Under the pieces are notes generated by a model, which worked only from the letters and a program-made list of their open reading frames with translations, searched no databases and was not told the origin of the DNA. DNA of 64,000 nucleotides from positions 1,798,001 to 1,862,000 of the forward strand of contig CP075493.1 in NCBI GenBank assembly GCA_021613535.1, in the 5' to 3' direction. A program made the translations under genes and the position numbers. This DNA comes from Adineta vaga (Eukaryota; Animalia; Rotifera). Each line of letters opens with the position of its first letter. Positions within the stretch are counted from its first letter, which is position 1. This document shows positions 45,009 to 58,544 of the stretch, piece by piece.

Positions 45009-45680
45009 TTAAATTTTACAAGATTTGTTTCTTTCAAGTTGAACTAAACGAAGATGATGAATGTAATTCATAATTGTTTGAGAATGTGTAGAATCATTAT
45101 CAAATAATGATGATGCTGTCTGTTCAGTAGAACTATCTTTTGAATGAGAAATTCGTGATGATGATCGTCGTTTAGTTAAGATTTGTCGTAAAGTTGTGTC
45201 TTCATTTTGTGGACGTCTTACATGTAACGAAAGATCACGTTTAAATTGACGTTGTTGTTCAATTTGTCGAATGGAATTTCGAATATAATCATACATTGTA
45301 TTCGATTGTGATTTGGATTGAAATGATTCAGTTGAAAGATGATTAGATTTCATTGAAGATGTTGATGGTAAACGAGAATAGAATTCTTTCGAATGAATAT
45401 CTGATATGTCGTGTAAATAGGTATTTCGATATGCCACATCAGGTGCCTGATTAACTTGACTTATTTTATCCGAATAACGTTGCCAATGATAAGATGAATT
45501 TTTTGTTTCATGATGATAAACACGTGAATGTATTCGATGAGATGAATGACGATATTTTTCTTGACGAGAACGAAGATCATTCGATGATATTTCACGATAA
45601 TGTGGTAATAGAATAAAACTAGATAAAGGTGTAGGTGTTCTACGAACATATGATGTCATATCAATATCATTCCGATTCAT
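45009..45680 (-). CDS. Intronless hypothetical Ser/Arg/His-rich protein (223 aa)
   Basis: An uninterrupted 672-nt ORF in very AT-rich DNA, with no recognisable domain. Confidence 0.6.
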   Translation of the reverse strand: MNRNDIDMTSYVRRTPTPLSSFILLPHYREISSNDLRSRQEKYRHSSHRIHSRVYHHETKNSSYHWQRYSDKISQVNQAPDVAYRNTYLHDISDIHSKEFYSRLPSTSSMKSNHLSTESFQSKSQSNTMYDYIRNSIRQIEQQRQFKRDLSLHVRRPQNEDTTLRQILTKRRSSSRISHSKDSSTEQTASSLFDNDSTHSQTIMNYIHHLRLVQLERNKSCKI

Positions 45681-46247
45681 TCTTTTTTTCTTCTTCTTCT
45701 TCTTCTTCTTTTATCAGAGAAAGAAATGATTGAATTCAATCAGTTAAATAACAAATGTTTCATGCAATATATGAGTTAATTTCATTTTTACAATTTCTTG
45801 TTTCATTCTGTTTCAAAATGCACTTTGCTGATTTCTTTCTCGTTTTTTTCTTCCTTTTTTTCCATCATAGAATTGATCGATATTGACAAAGAAGTTTCGT
45901 TAGTATGTTTCCTTCCGTAGGACTAATATAAAAAATGTATGAACAACACCTTTTACTTCGTCTTTTTTTCTAGCCTAATGGAAAATAAACTTATTAATTG
46001 TTATTTCTCCAAGGTAGAATGAAAATTACTTTCCAAACTTATGTAAGATCATTGGAATATGATTGATCAAAAATTCAATCTTTTCTTTTTCTTTAAGATA
46101 AATAAAATTTAAATCAGATTTTGATTATTAATAGAATAAGACAAGAAAAACATATCTATGACTTCCTTCTTTCTATTGGTGTTCTTTAATACAATCATTA
46201 ATGTACTAAAATTCCTTTCTTTCTTAATAGTAGAACAAATTGAATCA

Positions 46248-47858
46248 ATGCCAACATCAAGTCAATCACAAATTCTTTCCGTAGTTGATTATCATTTATT
46301 AAAACAGCAACAATTTAGTGACTTGAATGGTGGAATGAAATTTTCTATTCGTAGAAAATCAAGCGTTCAAGTAAAACGAAAACAATCGAGAGATAATCGT
46401 CGTGTATCGGCAAGAAAACAAGATGCGAAGAATCGAAGTTTAGGTAAAAGTATTTTACTAACAGTTCTCCTTCTTCATCTTTGAATCTATTTTGCATAGG
46501 TACTGTTGTTCCACCACGTAGTAAACTTCTTCATATGCCAGTAATTAATCTTTATTCAATGACTGATCAAACACGAAGACCATCAATTGACAATTCATTG
46601 ATCAATGAAATGAAAGATTATTCGTCGTCAATGTTAACTGTTGATGAGAGTGATAAACTACTTGATCAATCGATCATATCCAATGGAGAAACTATTTCTC
46701 GTGAACGAAGATTGAGTTTTCTCAATGAAAATACACGACGTTTATTTCGTTTGGGTACAATTCGTCCATCGAAAACATTCTATAAAGATTTACCCGAAGC
46801 AGATGTTGACGAACTCATGGAATATTTTCGTCGTATAAGACATAAAAATCAACAAATGACATCCGAAGAATTTAATCAAGAATATCAAACTCAGTTTAAA
46901 GGATATAAACCAAAAATATGTAAATATGAAAATGTTGATCTAATCAACAATCGAACTCGTTTTATTTATTTCTAGTTTTTGATTCTACTCGTGTTACAAA
47001 AGTTCAGATAAAAATCGTCGAAAACCTTGTGGAACAATATGTTGATCAAATCCGAACGCATCGAGCTGAATTGATCAAAGTTGATAATCCTATGCGATTC
47101 ATTATTAAAGGAATGAATAGTGAGAATAATACACCATTGATAACAATACCACGAGAATATAATGATTGTTTATTAACATTAATTACACGATCAGATTCAT
47201 TACGACAATCGAATTTGATTTCTGATCTTATTCAAGATCAATTTTATGAAGATATGAAAGCAAATTCATTGGATATTAGGTGAGACATATTTGATGAGAT
47301 ATGAAAGCGATTGAATCAATTGATTCTAGTTATTTTCCTGATGGGATAAATTATGAACATCGACAAGAAGAATCAGATAAAAATGGTCAAATAACCAATG
47401 AAACTTATCAAAAATTGAAAAACCGATTACGAAATCGTCAAGTTCGGTATTTCAATCGTCCGCCGGAGAAAAAGCCTCTGGCTTTATTAGCTATTTTACC
47501 TGTTAATGGTTCGATTTATGTCAATCATCAACAGTTACTTGATTGTCTTTATGATCGTTTAAAAACATATTCTACAAATAAGATTACCGAAATTCAACAC
47601 AAAATAATATCCATTGAATTTCTTCCGTTAACTTGTATCTTAGATTCAAATGAAATCTCAAATCAATATATTATCAATTGTGATACAATGGAAACAAAAC
47701 AACAATTAATAATCAAACCGATAAAATTAAATCTTAATAAACAATTCTTTCTTATTGAATTTCATTCCTATGATGAAGATATTCAACGAGAATATGAAAA
47801 ATTTCTTCAAGCTGAAAAATATCGTGAATTAATTAAAAATTATCAAAAAGCAAGATAA
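46248..47858 (+). CDS. Hypothetical protein, about 4 exons
   Basis: Four consecutive ORF segments linked by short GT-AG introns, with AATAAA after the stop at 47858. Confidence 0.65.
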
Positions 47859-48318
47859 CTATTCTCATCAAAAATAAACAATGTTTTCTATGACTTATTT
47901 TATTCAAATATTGTATTTTATTCGCATTATTCTAATTATAAACTTTCATTTGATCTGATTCAACAGATCTAAACGAAGTCAAGATAATCTCAGTCACACA
48001 TTCATGAAATAGATGTCGACAAAAACGTCTGCCGATCAAAAAATAACATTCCTATGGAGACTGAGATGAAATACAGTTTTTGGTACTTCTCTTTTGTCAT
48101 TTCTTGCTGAGAAATTTTATTTTCATTGTTGTTTATTTAATCGAGAGAAAAAAGGTAAAATTAGTAACCAACACCAAGGAACATTGTTTATTAGTATATA
48201 AATGCGAACACTAATGGAATATCTTTTGAAAAGCTAAAATATATTTTTGTTATTGTCTATAATTTGTTTGGCAAATGAAATCATATAAGCGATAGGTAAA
48301 TTGATTTTGTCTTTTTGT

Positions 48319-49516
48319 TTAAGATGGTTTGTCATGCCAATATTCATATGCTCTATGCTTTTTAACAACTAATTCAATGATTTTCTCATGTGATGCATAC
48401 AATTTATGATCACGATCAAGTGAATACCATTTCACTTTGGCAGCATCATCACCTGTAGAGAACAAATATTTTTATAAAATCAATCTATTGAAATACATCT
48501 ATTTACCAGCTTCTAATTTCAAATCCTTGGTTAAATCACCTGTCTCATCATGCATATTAGCTGCTTCAGTTTCCATCCAAGAATTGTCTATTTAATATAA
48601 TTCACAATGAAAAGCAAAACCAACCATTGGAAAGAATCGATTTACCTGTATTTCGTGGATCATCGACATAACCTGCATAAATCTATGAAAAGATTTCAGT
48701 CGATGTGAATCAATTACAATAAGACTTACTGTAGAAGCTGTTTTGAATAATTCATCAATTTGTTTAGCACCATCTTCATTTGAATTCATTGCTTCTTCAA
48801 TAAATTCTCGTTTAATTGCTGCTGAAACATGTTCACTAAATGAAAAGAATTACTTTCTAAAAATAACTAAGATCTATAAAGTTCATACCCAGCATCAACC
48901 ATTCCACCTGGTAAAGCTAATTCACCAGTATCTTTTCGTTTAATAAGAATAATTTCAAGAACTTTTCCTTTATCAGTATCACCACTTTTTGCCCAACGTG
49001 TAACAACAGGATCACCAGCATGATTTGGTCCCCATCGGCCAAGTAAACCACGACCAGATACTAAATAAATCTTTATTTCAAAAATAGGTTCTCTTTTTTC
49101 TTTCTTGTCTAACATACATCCTGTACGACCTTGAGGATTTCTTGGTCGATTTGTTTCTTTATCAATATTATATTTGTCTGTCAAACTTGTTCGATCAATT
49201 TTGCCATCAATTTCATTGAACTTTTTGATTTTCGTTCTTTAAAAATCAAGACAAGATTCAGGGAAATGTTCGTTTTTTTCTGGCGAACTTACGCATCAGG
49301 ATCATCAGCCCATGGTGGACTTTTTAAAACAACTTCTGCTGTATATTCAGTCGGTTTATAATCCGTCCATTCTACATTCCAAGAAACTTTTTCATCTGGT
49401 ACAGATGCTCTCTAATAAAACAAAACTCATTTAATATCAATCAATTTTAATCTTACTTGAACATCTTTTGTTCCAGAATACGGTGATGTACGCGCTTTGA
49501 CATGAACATTGGCCAT
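48319..49516 (-). CDS. NUDT9: ADP-ribose pyrophosphatase NUDT9, multi-exon (may extend further 5')
   Basis: [38 protein letters not shown], Nudix box GGMVDAG|[23 protein letters not shown]|DNSWMET, LEA|GDDA, LYASH. Confidence 0.95.
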
Positions 49517-50344
49517 TGCTTTTGATTGAGTTATTTTCGAAGACGTAAATGGAATAGAATTATGCTGCGTCGGGTGTATAGAAATATTTTTCTAGAAAAC
49601 AAATCACTGAAGTGATTGTTACTTTGTATTGATTGAACGAGTAATATATGCACCGTTAAATGAGAATGTGGGAAGTTTTTTTTTAAATAAAAGGGAAAAA
49701 TCGATCAGAAAATGGTTCTTTTCTTTTCTTCCTCTCTACGTAAACATTTCTGATTGTCACATGTCGATCGTTACCTTGAGACTGAAATCTTCTGAGAAAA
49801 TAATCATCTTACGAAAGCTGATTTCGAACAATAAACCGATAACTAAAATTTTGCGGAAAACGTATTAACTCAGACAAGTTTATATCAGATAATGCGAGTA
49901 ATTAACGATACGATAGAAGGTAATAAAATTGAATACTACTCGTATGTCATGATATCAGTGTAATTACTTGAATGAGTATTGCTATGTGGTACCACAGAAA
50001 GTGAGAAAGATTTATACTCTAACTTACACACTTATTCCTTGTAAAGCTGTGTTTAAGAACGAGTCTGTCTGTGTGTCAAAGAAGAGTAAAAGTTATTAAC
50101 TCCTTTGTGTCTATTTGTCAAATAATCTGAAAAATGAAACATAATATGTAAATATCAAGGTAAAACTGAAGAAAATGATTAATTGAATTTAATGTTGAAA
50201 TGACCGTTAAGCGCTACTATCGATTCTATTTAACAAAAAATGAAGGATTACGAATGGTTTATTTATATTTCCAATCATGAATAAAAATGAATCATATCTA
50301 TCTATGATTACAAAATGAAATGTAAGAGATTTTCTTAAATTTAA

Positions 50345-53326
50345 ATGGATCATCAAAGAAATAAGACAGTTCTTATTCTCGATCATGGTAGTTTCTTTGC
50401 TCGATCGTCCGGTGTTACATTTAATGTAAATGTTCAAAATACTGATCAACAACAACCTGATGAGATCAATAATGAAAATACTCTTGGAATGAAATCATTA
50501 TGGACATGTGTCGTTGAATGTGTACTAGAATATTGTCGAATTTTATTCGATATTTTCGAAGATGATGCCTTGGTAAGATGTTAAGATAAGATTGAATTTT
50601 TGCTTTTATTCTTCTCTCATTTAGATTACATTAATAGTAACAGGAATTGATCAACGTGATCAATCATCTTGTTGGAATCGTTATAGAAATCTTTCACAAG
50701 TAAAGAATTATTAAGAAAATCTAGTTTTTTCAAAACTTCACTTTTAGTGTATGGATTTCTTTGCAGGTATTCAACCACCACAAGAACGTACATCGGTGAA
50801 TGATGATGATCTTTTAAAACATTCTTTAAATGAAGCAATCACTGTCTTATGTACACGTTCAAAAAAGCAAAGTATTCCAAGTGATCTAGATTATACAAAT
50901 AGTGGACATATTGTTGTATTTTCAACTTTTAATACGTATGACAAATGAAAAGAAGATTGCATTCATTGATTTGATTTGAAATATTTAGAAAACGTATCGA
51001 AACAATCGAAAGAGATCTTCGACTATTTCATGAATCACATAATCATATGGCACTGGAAGTAACCGAGTAAATATATGAAGAATGATCTGTTACTTGAATA
51101 GAAGTTATGAGAATGAAATATCGTGATATATTATGAATTAGCAGTGTTTTACAAATTTCAGATAGCTCGAACAATTCCCATATTTCTATATTTAGTTTTG
51201 TTCCATTAGCAAAATGTGATTTGACATTGATGGATATTCGATCACTTGATCAAACTGTACCGTCTTCGAAACCTGAATTGAATTCTGTAAATAAAAATGT
51301 GCTTCATTCTCTATTATAATTCTATCTGTACAGGTGACTTCAATTCTTCATCGTACACTTTATTATTCTCAAGCTGGTCAAATGTTATTTACACGAATGT
51401 TACAAATGTTATTAAAACAACATAATCTAGCTTTAACAACTGTAACGGGTATTCCGATGAAAGTATGTCAAAACTAAATATTCTTTTCTTCTATTTCTTC
51501 CAATTGACATTTTTCAGGAAGATGTAGCTTCACGTTCAAGTTTAAATTATGATGTTGATATTGTTCATCCAGCTGAAGTTCATGATGGTTTACGTGAACG
51601 AGCACCATTAAAATATTGGCGTCAAATCAAAGATGATGTAGAAACAATTGTACTCAAATGGAGTGCATTCTCTTACGATCCAGAAAGTAAGTTATCGTGT
51701 TTTTTTCTCCCTCAATCACCATATGTAACAACGAATAGAAATGAGAAAACATATGATTATATTTTAGATTATTATGATACATATTCTGCATACCGTTTTT
51801 CACCATTGGATGTCAACAGTCGTGAATCAGCATGTTTAACAAATTTCTTATTAAGTGGCAAATGTGTTTTACTTGAATTAGGTAATTTACCAGCTGAATG
51901 TACAGTTAATATCAATGAATATGGTGATGAGAAAAGTTTAAATACATCTGATATTGATCCATCAACAGCAGCAACAACAACAAATCGACTTTTTTCTCAT
52001 ATGATTATATCACATAATCAAGAATTAATGATCCATGCGCTTGCATTTGGTTCTAATAATCCTATGAGTAAAATTGGTCCATGTTATATCGTTACAGATG
52101 ATAAAGATAATATTTCAATCAATGATTTAGAAGAATTAATGGATGAAATTGATGATGATGTCTTAGAAAAAGATCTACGTGTTGATGTAATTGATAACGG
52201 AAAACCAAAATCCTCATTCTTTCATCAATTTTCTATTTGTTTTTACAGAGTTTTATCAATGTCATACGAACAACAACACTTTATCCATGTGATACAATAT
52301 CAAGTGGGAAAATTCCTATTGAAGATTGTAAGAGAACCATTTATTCTTGTTGAAAAACTTGCTTATAAATATTTCCATAGCACTTCGACTACTTGAACGT
52401 CATACACGTCGATGTCCAGTTATAATTAATGAAACGATTTTATTCAATTTACCATCAGTAAAATGAATGAATAAATGAATTATGATATATTGATATTTGT
52501 TTGTTTTACTAGCCAATGAATGTTCTAATCAGTTTGATATTGCGTGAGAAATTGTCAGATGATGATGTAGGAAAATGTCTCATGGCTTTAAAACATATTG
52601 ATAAAATGGAACGAAATGGAGAAATATTACCCGTACCAAATAATTTTCCATATACAACGAAAATTATGACAGCAAAAGCGAAAAAGTAAAGATTTCTTCT
52701 CCATATTCTGTCAATCATACACTCGCTGAATGTTCTAGAGATGAAGCCTATCGATATCTCTGGCGTGAAATAGAATATTTCGTTCGTGGGTATAAAGAGA
52801 CATCAGATGGTCATCGTCATATCTATCAAAATATTCTCGAGCGACGAAAATCTGATTATGAACATGATTCATCATCAGTTTATCCAAGGTATGAACATCT
52901 AGTTAATACTCGATTTATTCTATTAAACAAAATTCTTCTAGTACTAAAATTGATTTTGTTTTTCCTACGGATGAATCATCTTCAAATGGAATGACAACAA
53001 CAACAAAACGTGAGAAAACGTCTCACGAAAATATCGACAAACCAAATGGTCGTGTTTGGTCGGAATTTACTGATTTAAAACAAGTTCTAGCTGGTAAATA
53101 GAAATCTCTATGAAAACTAAATTCATTATTTCTTTCAGCTAATTCTCTACGTGATATGTGGAATCGAAAACAACAAGAAAAACGTGCACCCGAATTCGAT
53201 GGTCGAAATGAACATCCACCGCCGCGTATAATTCCACTCTACGTTAATTTAAATACAAAACCTCCTCTTGGAAATCCATCTAATATTCCTATAACATCAA
53301 ATTTAGCTGAAAAAAATGTGAATTGA
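50345..53326 (+). CDS. INTS13: Integrator subunit 13 / Asunder, multi-exon
   Basis: KTVLILDH, KSLWTCVVECVLEYCRILFDIF, LTTVTGIPMK|EDVASRSSLNYDVDIVH, DVNSRESACLTNFLLSGK, and C-terminal EFDGR..PLY. Confidence 0.9.
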
Positions 53327-53425
53327 TCTTTTGTTAATAAATCTCTGTTATTTTCTTCTGTAAAAAACAAAAAGCAACATTCAGTTCATTCTTCGAAGAT
53401 TTCTTTTCTTTTTTTAAAGATTTCA

Positions 53426-55964
53426 ATGTCATTTGAAAGAATTAATCTTGTCTTAAAACAAATCTCATCATCGAATTCTTATTCATCTATTCAATCATTG
53501 ATTGAACAGTATTTTTTCGATAAAACTCTACAATTAACATCATTAGATCAAGAAAAATTAGTTCGATTATGTTTGAGAAAACTATCCGATTGGTTTTTAC
53601 AAAATCCCGAACAAATTAAAGAGATTAAAATCAAATTTCATCAACATCTTCTTCAAACACCTTTTCTCTTAAAACAAAAACAATTAATTGATTTAATTTT
53701 AAACGAAAATCAAACTAATCTAAATGATTATTTCATTTTTCTTCTCAACGATATCTACGAGAAAAATTATCAGAACTTATTAAATGAATTAGAGAATGAT
53801 AGTGATGTTGCCTATATAATTCATCTTCCGGATCGTATCGGTAATATTTCAATGACAAATATTCCACTTAGTTTTCAAACGAAAACTTATTTCAATCGAT
53901 TAAGTGATTATATTCAAGAACAATTAATTACATATCATTATCCGAAAATGGTAGCACAAATGGATACAAATGTTAGTTTCCTATGTCGACTTGTTCATAA
54001 AGCAGCGAAATTAGGTAATCATCAAATTGTTGTAGTTTAAGATCAAGTGTTTACTAACAAATTGATACAATCATCTATTTTAGGACATACGGAATACATT
54101 TGGCGTCGATTATACAAAAATTTATTTCTTAAAAAAAGTCCAAACGATTCACTTTGGTTACGATTAACACAATATTTTCTCTTAGAAACAATCGATGATG
54201 TACTTCTTTATACAATTCAACATGGTAATGCTCAAATTCTTGATTTAATTCTTAGTGATCGTATTCTTCATCATTCTGAATTACAAACATATCTTACTGA
54301 TACATTACTTTTTCGTAAACAACTCTCAATAAATCTTGTTCGAACTATTCTTATCTATTTAACCATGTCATCAAATCGATTAGAACAATGTTTCGAAAAA
54401 ACATTCGTTCGCTTTCTACAATTGTGGTCTCAAGAAAGTTTCATACGATTTTCATCCAATGAACAACATTTTTATATATGTCAATGCATTTGTATTTGTT
54501 TAGCTTTAAATCAACAAATTCATCTACAAGAAGATAAAGATCAAATTCTTTTATGTATATTAAATGGTATTCGAATTCATTTAGAATCAACATTTGATTA
54601 TATTCAACGACGTGGACAATTTCTTGGTGAATTAATTATTGAAAGAATCGATTTATTTTCCAAATCCAATCAACTTCAATTTAATACTTATGATAAAAAT
54701 CATCCAGAAATCGAAATTTTAAGAAAATTAGCTGAATTAAATCATTCATATAACGATAGAGAATTATCCGATGATGATGAACAACAAGAAATTCCAAAGA
54801 AAAAAGGTAAGAAATTTTCATTTTTCTATTCATTCAATTTCTTCTATCAACAAATTTTCGATCTTCATTTAGAAACTTCTATCATATCTACAGAAAAAGT
54901 CATCTCTTCTTCGAATACAGTTATTCTTCATGAAGTTTCCAACGATGAAGATGATGATAGTGAATTTGAATCCTATGATTATTCACATGATAAAGAGAAA
55001 TCTGAAGTAGCTAAACCAAGTTATATTCGATCATGTCTTGCTGATTTAATTGCAACAGATAAAGTTCCACAATTAGAAGGTGCTCTACAAATTCTACCAT
55101 CCTTAATCGAATTCAATAAGATTGAATGTGAAGAAGTGGCTTTAGAAATCTCACGAATTCTATTGAATTATAATAGTACATTTAATATTGAAAATTTTCA
55201 AGAATTACAATTGAATGGTTTAGTTACATTATGTAAAACCTATCCAATTTTAATCAGTGATTATCTATGTAGACAATTTTATGAAAGAAATTATACATTA
55301 AATCAACGAAGTTTAATTTTAAAGACAATTCAAGAAACTGCAAAACCGCTTATCAAGTATTGATCAAATTCGAACGAAAATTCATGAAGAATTATTTTCA
55401 TCTACCGATGATGATGATGATGAACAAGAATCATGGCGTTCAACGATTAACAAACGATTAAAATTGAAAACAAAATATAAAACAAAACTTCAGTCAAATC
55501 GTCAAGGAATTTTTCAAGAAAATTCTTTTGGAAATATTGTCGGACATTTCTTTTATCCATTAATATCATTGATCGATCAATCGACACCACATTTATCATT
55601 AATCAATGGTGATAATGATCATTTATTATTATGTGAACTTCTTGCATGTTTAGGTCGATTATGTATTCATGCACAAAATACAATTCCATTAAAAAATATG
55701 ATCAAACAATTCGTACAAGTTTTACATCTTTTACAACAACATCAAGATCCCGGTGTTCGACATGCAGTTATTTATGCATATGCATGTTGTTTAGTTTCAA
55801 TTGGAAATCAATGTTATGATGAAGATTTACAAGAGAAATTTATTGAATTGAAAGAATGGTTAGATCAAATGGTTATGAAAGATACAAATACAGAAGTACA
55901 GAAATTAGCAAGATCAGTTCGACAAATTTTATTAAAAACTTTACAAGATATGACGAGTAATTGA
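53426..55964 (+). CDS. TELO2: Telomere length regulation protein TEL2 homolog, with an apparent +1 frameshift at about 55346
   Basis: HLPDRIGN, LNGIRIHLES, acidic DDDSEFESYD..KPSYIRSCL, FYERNYTLNQR, ENSFGNIVGHFFYPL, HQDPGVRHAV, LKEWL..KDTNTEVQKLA. Confidence 0.85.
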
Positions 55965-56814
55965 AAGATTTTAGTTGATTTTCTTTTTCCGAAATAAAAT
56001 TTTCTCAAAAATTCATTACCAAGAAAGAAAAAGTATATTATTACAAATGTTTCGTTCTGATTTCATCTGAATCTAAGAAGAAGAAAAAACATGACAAATG
56101 TTTCTCTATCAATTATAAGTAAGTACTTAGTATTTCGAGTCCAACCCAGAAGGAAACAAAGCAATCAATTGTCATTAATTATTAAATAATCTTCAACGAA
56201 ACTATATTGTCGATCTTTCTGTCCTATTTAATTGGCAAATCATGATCTATGATGTAACAGACAGTTGTTTCTATTCTTCAAGGTTTAATTTTCAAGTAGA
56301 ATACAATTGTATTTGATCTAATCATGGTCTATACTTGAGTTGATTTGACATTGTTCAATGGAAATAAGATAAAAGAATAAAAAGAAAAATGACGAAGGAA
56401 GAAGAAAAAGAAAAGAGAAACATCATTGTACATTAATCTTCTAGTAGTAGTAGAAAGATTTCTTTTTCTTGATCTTTCTTTCTTGTCGGTTATTTCATTT
56501 AAGTAAATAAAAGAGAAGTCTTCAATTTAATGTTATCTCGATGAGAGGTTTCTAATTTCTTTTTCTTTGTATCTCTTGCAAAGGTATTAATCAAGAAATT
56601 AGTAAGTCCGAATAAATTGAGTAGGCGAGATAGACTTCTTATTAATTTCCTTTATTTCTCTGCCATGATTAGTAGTATATAACTGAAAGCTATATAAAGA
56701 GATGCATTTATCTCATGAATTCTTTAACATCTCGACTGAACAACATTTTGCTTCTTTATTTTAGCATCGAATTCAAACTCTTATTTTAATTTACAAACGG
56801 TAATATAATCAATC

Positions 56815-57295
56815 ATGTTGAAAATACAATTTATTCTTATGTTTATTTGCGCACAAATCTTCCTGATGAATTGTTTTACATTAAATCATATTCAAGTAAA
56901 TGTTTAATAATTCAATTATTGTATGTTGTATTGTTTGCTTTTTCTTTTTCGAATTTAGAGACCATTCTGGTCGGAATCTGATGGTGAAATCAATGATGAA
57001 CTTCTTTCGAAATTATTACGTACTGAAACGTTATTAAGTGAAGTTAATCCAGCAATTGGTTCATCAGCTGTTGGTCTTTTCGAACAAACCGATGGTCATC
57101 CACGTGGTTTACAAAAACGAGGACGACGTAACTAATCATTCGATGTATTTTCTTTTCTTGAAATTTCTTTTCGATTTAGAATGTCTATGGAAAGTATGTA
57201 GTTGGGCACTTGATAAACGTTCATTGCGCTCATCGGGTACATCATCGTCATCATCATCAAATTCAATCGATGCGTTGTCCAAACTTTTGTATTAG
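56815..57295 (+). CDS. Neuropeptide prepropeptide, urotensin-II-like (CLWKVC), 3 exons
   Basis: Exons 56815-56895, 56959-57127 and 57180-57295 join in frame: signal peptide MLKIQFILMFICAQIFLMNC.., an acidic spacer, then KR-GRQCLWKVCSWALD-KR. AATAAA follows the stop. Confidence 0.85.
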
Positions 57296-58544
57296 AAAAG
57301 ATCAAAAATAAATCTATTGTGAACTATTTCCTGTTGTTTTCTCTTTCTCTCTCTCTCTGATTCACTCGATCCATCTTACATTGATTCGTTCTATTGATCA
57401 ATTATCATATCAAATAAATAATAAGAAAAAATGAAACTAAAAATTTTCGTATTAAACAATGAGAAAATTATAGCAAGATTTTGTATTTATCGAATAGAAT
57501 GTTTAGAATATTCTAATCGAGATGATTTATATGATCTATACACGTCGTTTGCATATCCGGAAAAAAGTAATAATCCAGTATTAGTTTGGATGAAATACAA
57601 ATGTGACAATTAAAACAAAATATAATGTTTCTCGTGTATATTATCTGCTCATCAAATATTTATGACATTGTTATACAAACAAAGCTGACAGATGAAAAAT
57701 CCTTTTTGATTGTTGTTTGTATAGAAAATGAAGATTAGAATTTCATGTCTCTATCAAACAGTAATGCGTACTTTTTATCATCCATTTTAATGATTATTAG
57801 TAGCATGAAAAGATTTGAAATGTTTATCAAGAAGTACTGTGCTTTTGATTCATAGCAGCTTTTACACGACCTTGTTCATTTCTATCTAATTAGTCGTATG
57901 AATGATTATATAAAATCATGCGTTTATGAAGTAAAAAATTTCAACTGATTACTAGGGTTTTATCTTGACTGGATTCATTTGACTAAGTTGTTAATCGTTT
58001 AGAAATAGAAATGAATAATTCAAAATATAGGAAAATTCAGTGGAGTAACCAAGATTTGAAACGAATGAACAAACTTTGCTGGTGTTGAAAAACTTATTGG
58101 GCCAAATATTTTCTCGACCGCGGTCATGTTAACAATCATAAGAGAATAAGAAAAGGATAATTATACGATCGAACACTGATATTTTTGTTATTCTATCTTC
58201 TTCGATGAACATTTCACGAAGAAAAAAACGTCGGGAAAATACGTCTGTAATTCAGATCAAAGAAAAAGATGGGAAAGAATACAAAAATAGATAAAAAAAA
58301 CTCGGAAAGAGTTTAATTTCGATGAGCAATTACCAACTAGAGGAAAAGTAAGATTTCTGCACTTCGAGGTACTATGGAACTACAGAGGTCTCGATTCACT
58401 CCTCCTGGATATGTCGTTGAGAAGATTCATCTCGATGAAACTTGTTTATTAAAAAACTATTCAATGTATTTCACAAAATTTATTTTCAGTAAAAGAAGCA
58501 AAAGATAACAAAACGAACGAAAAGAAATTCTTCGATTAATACAT

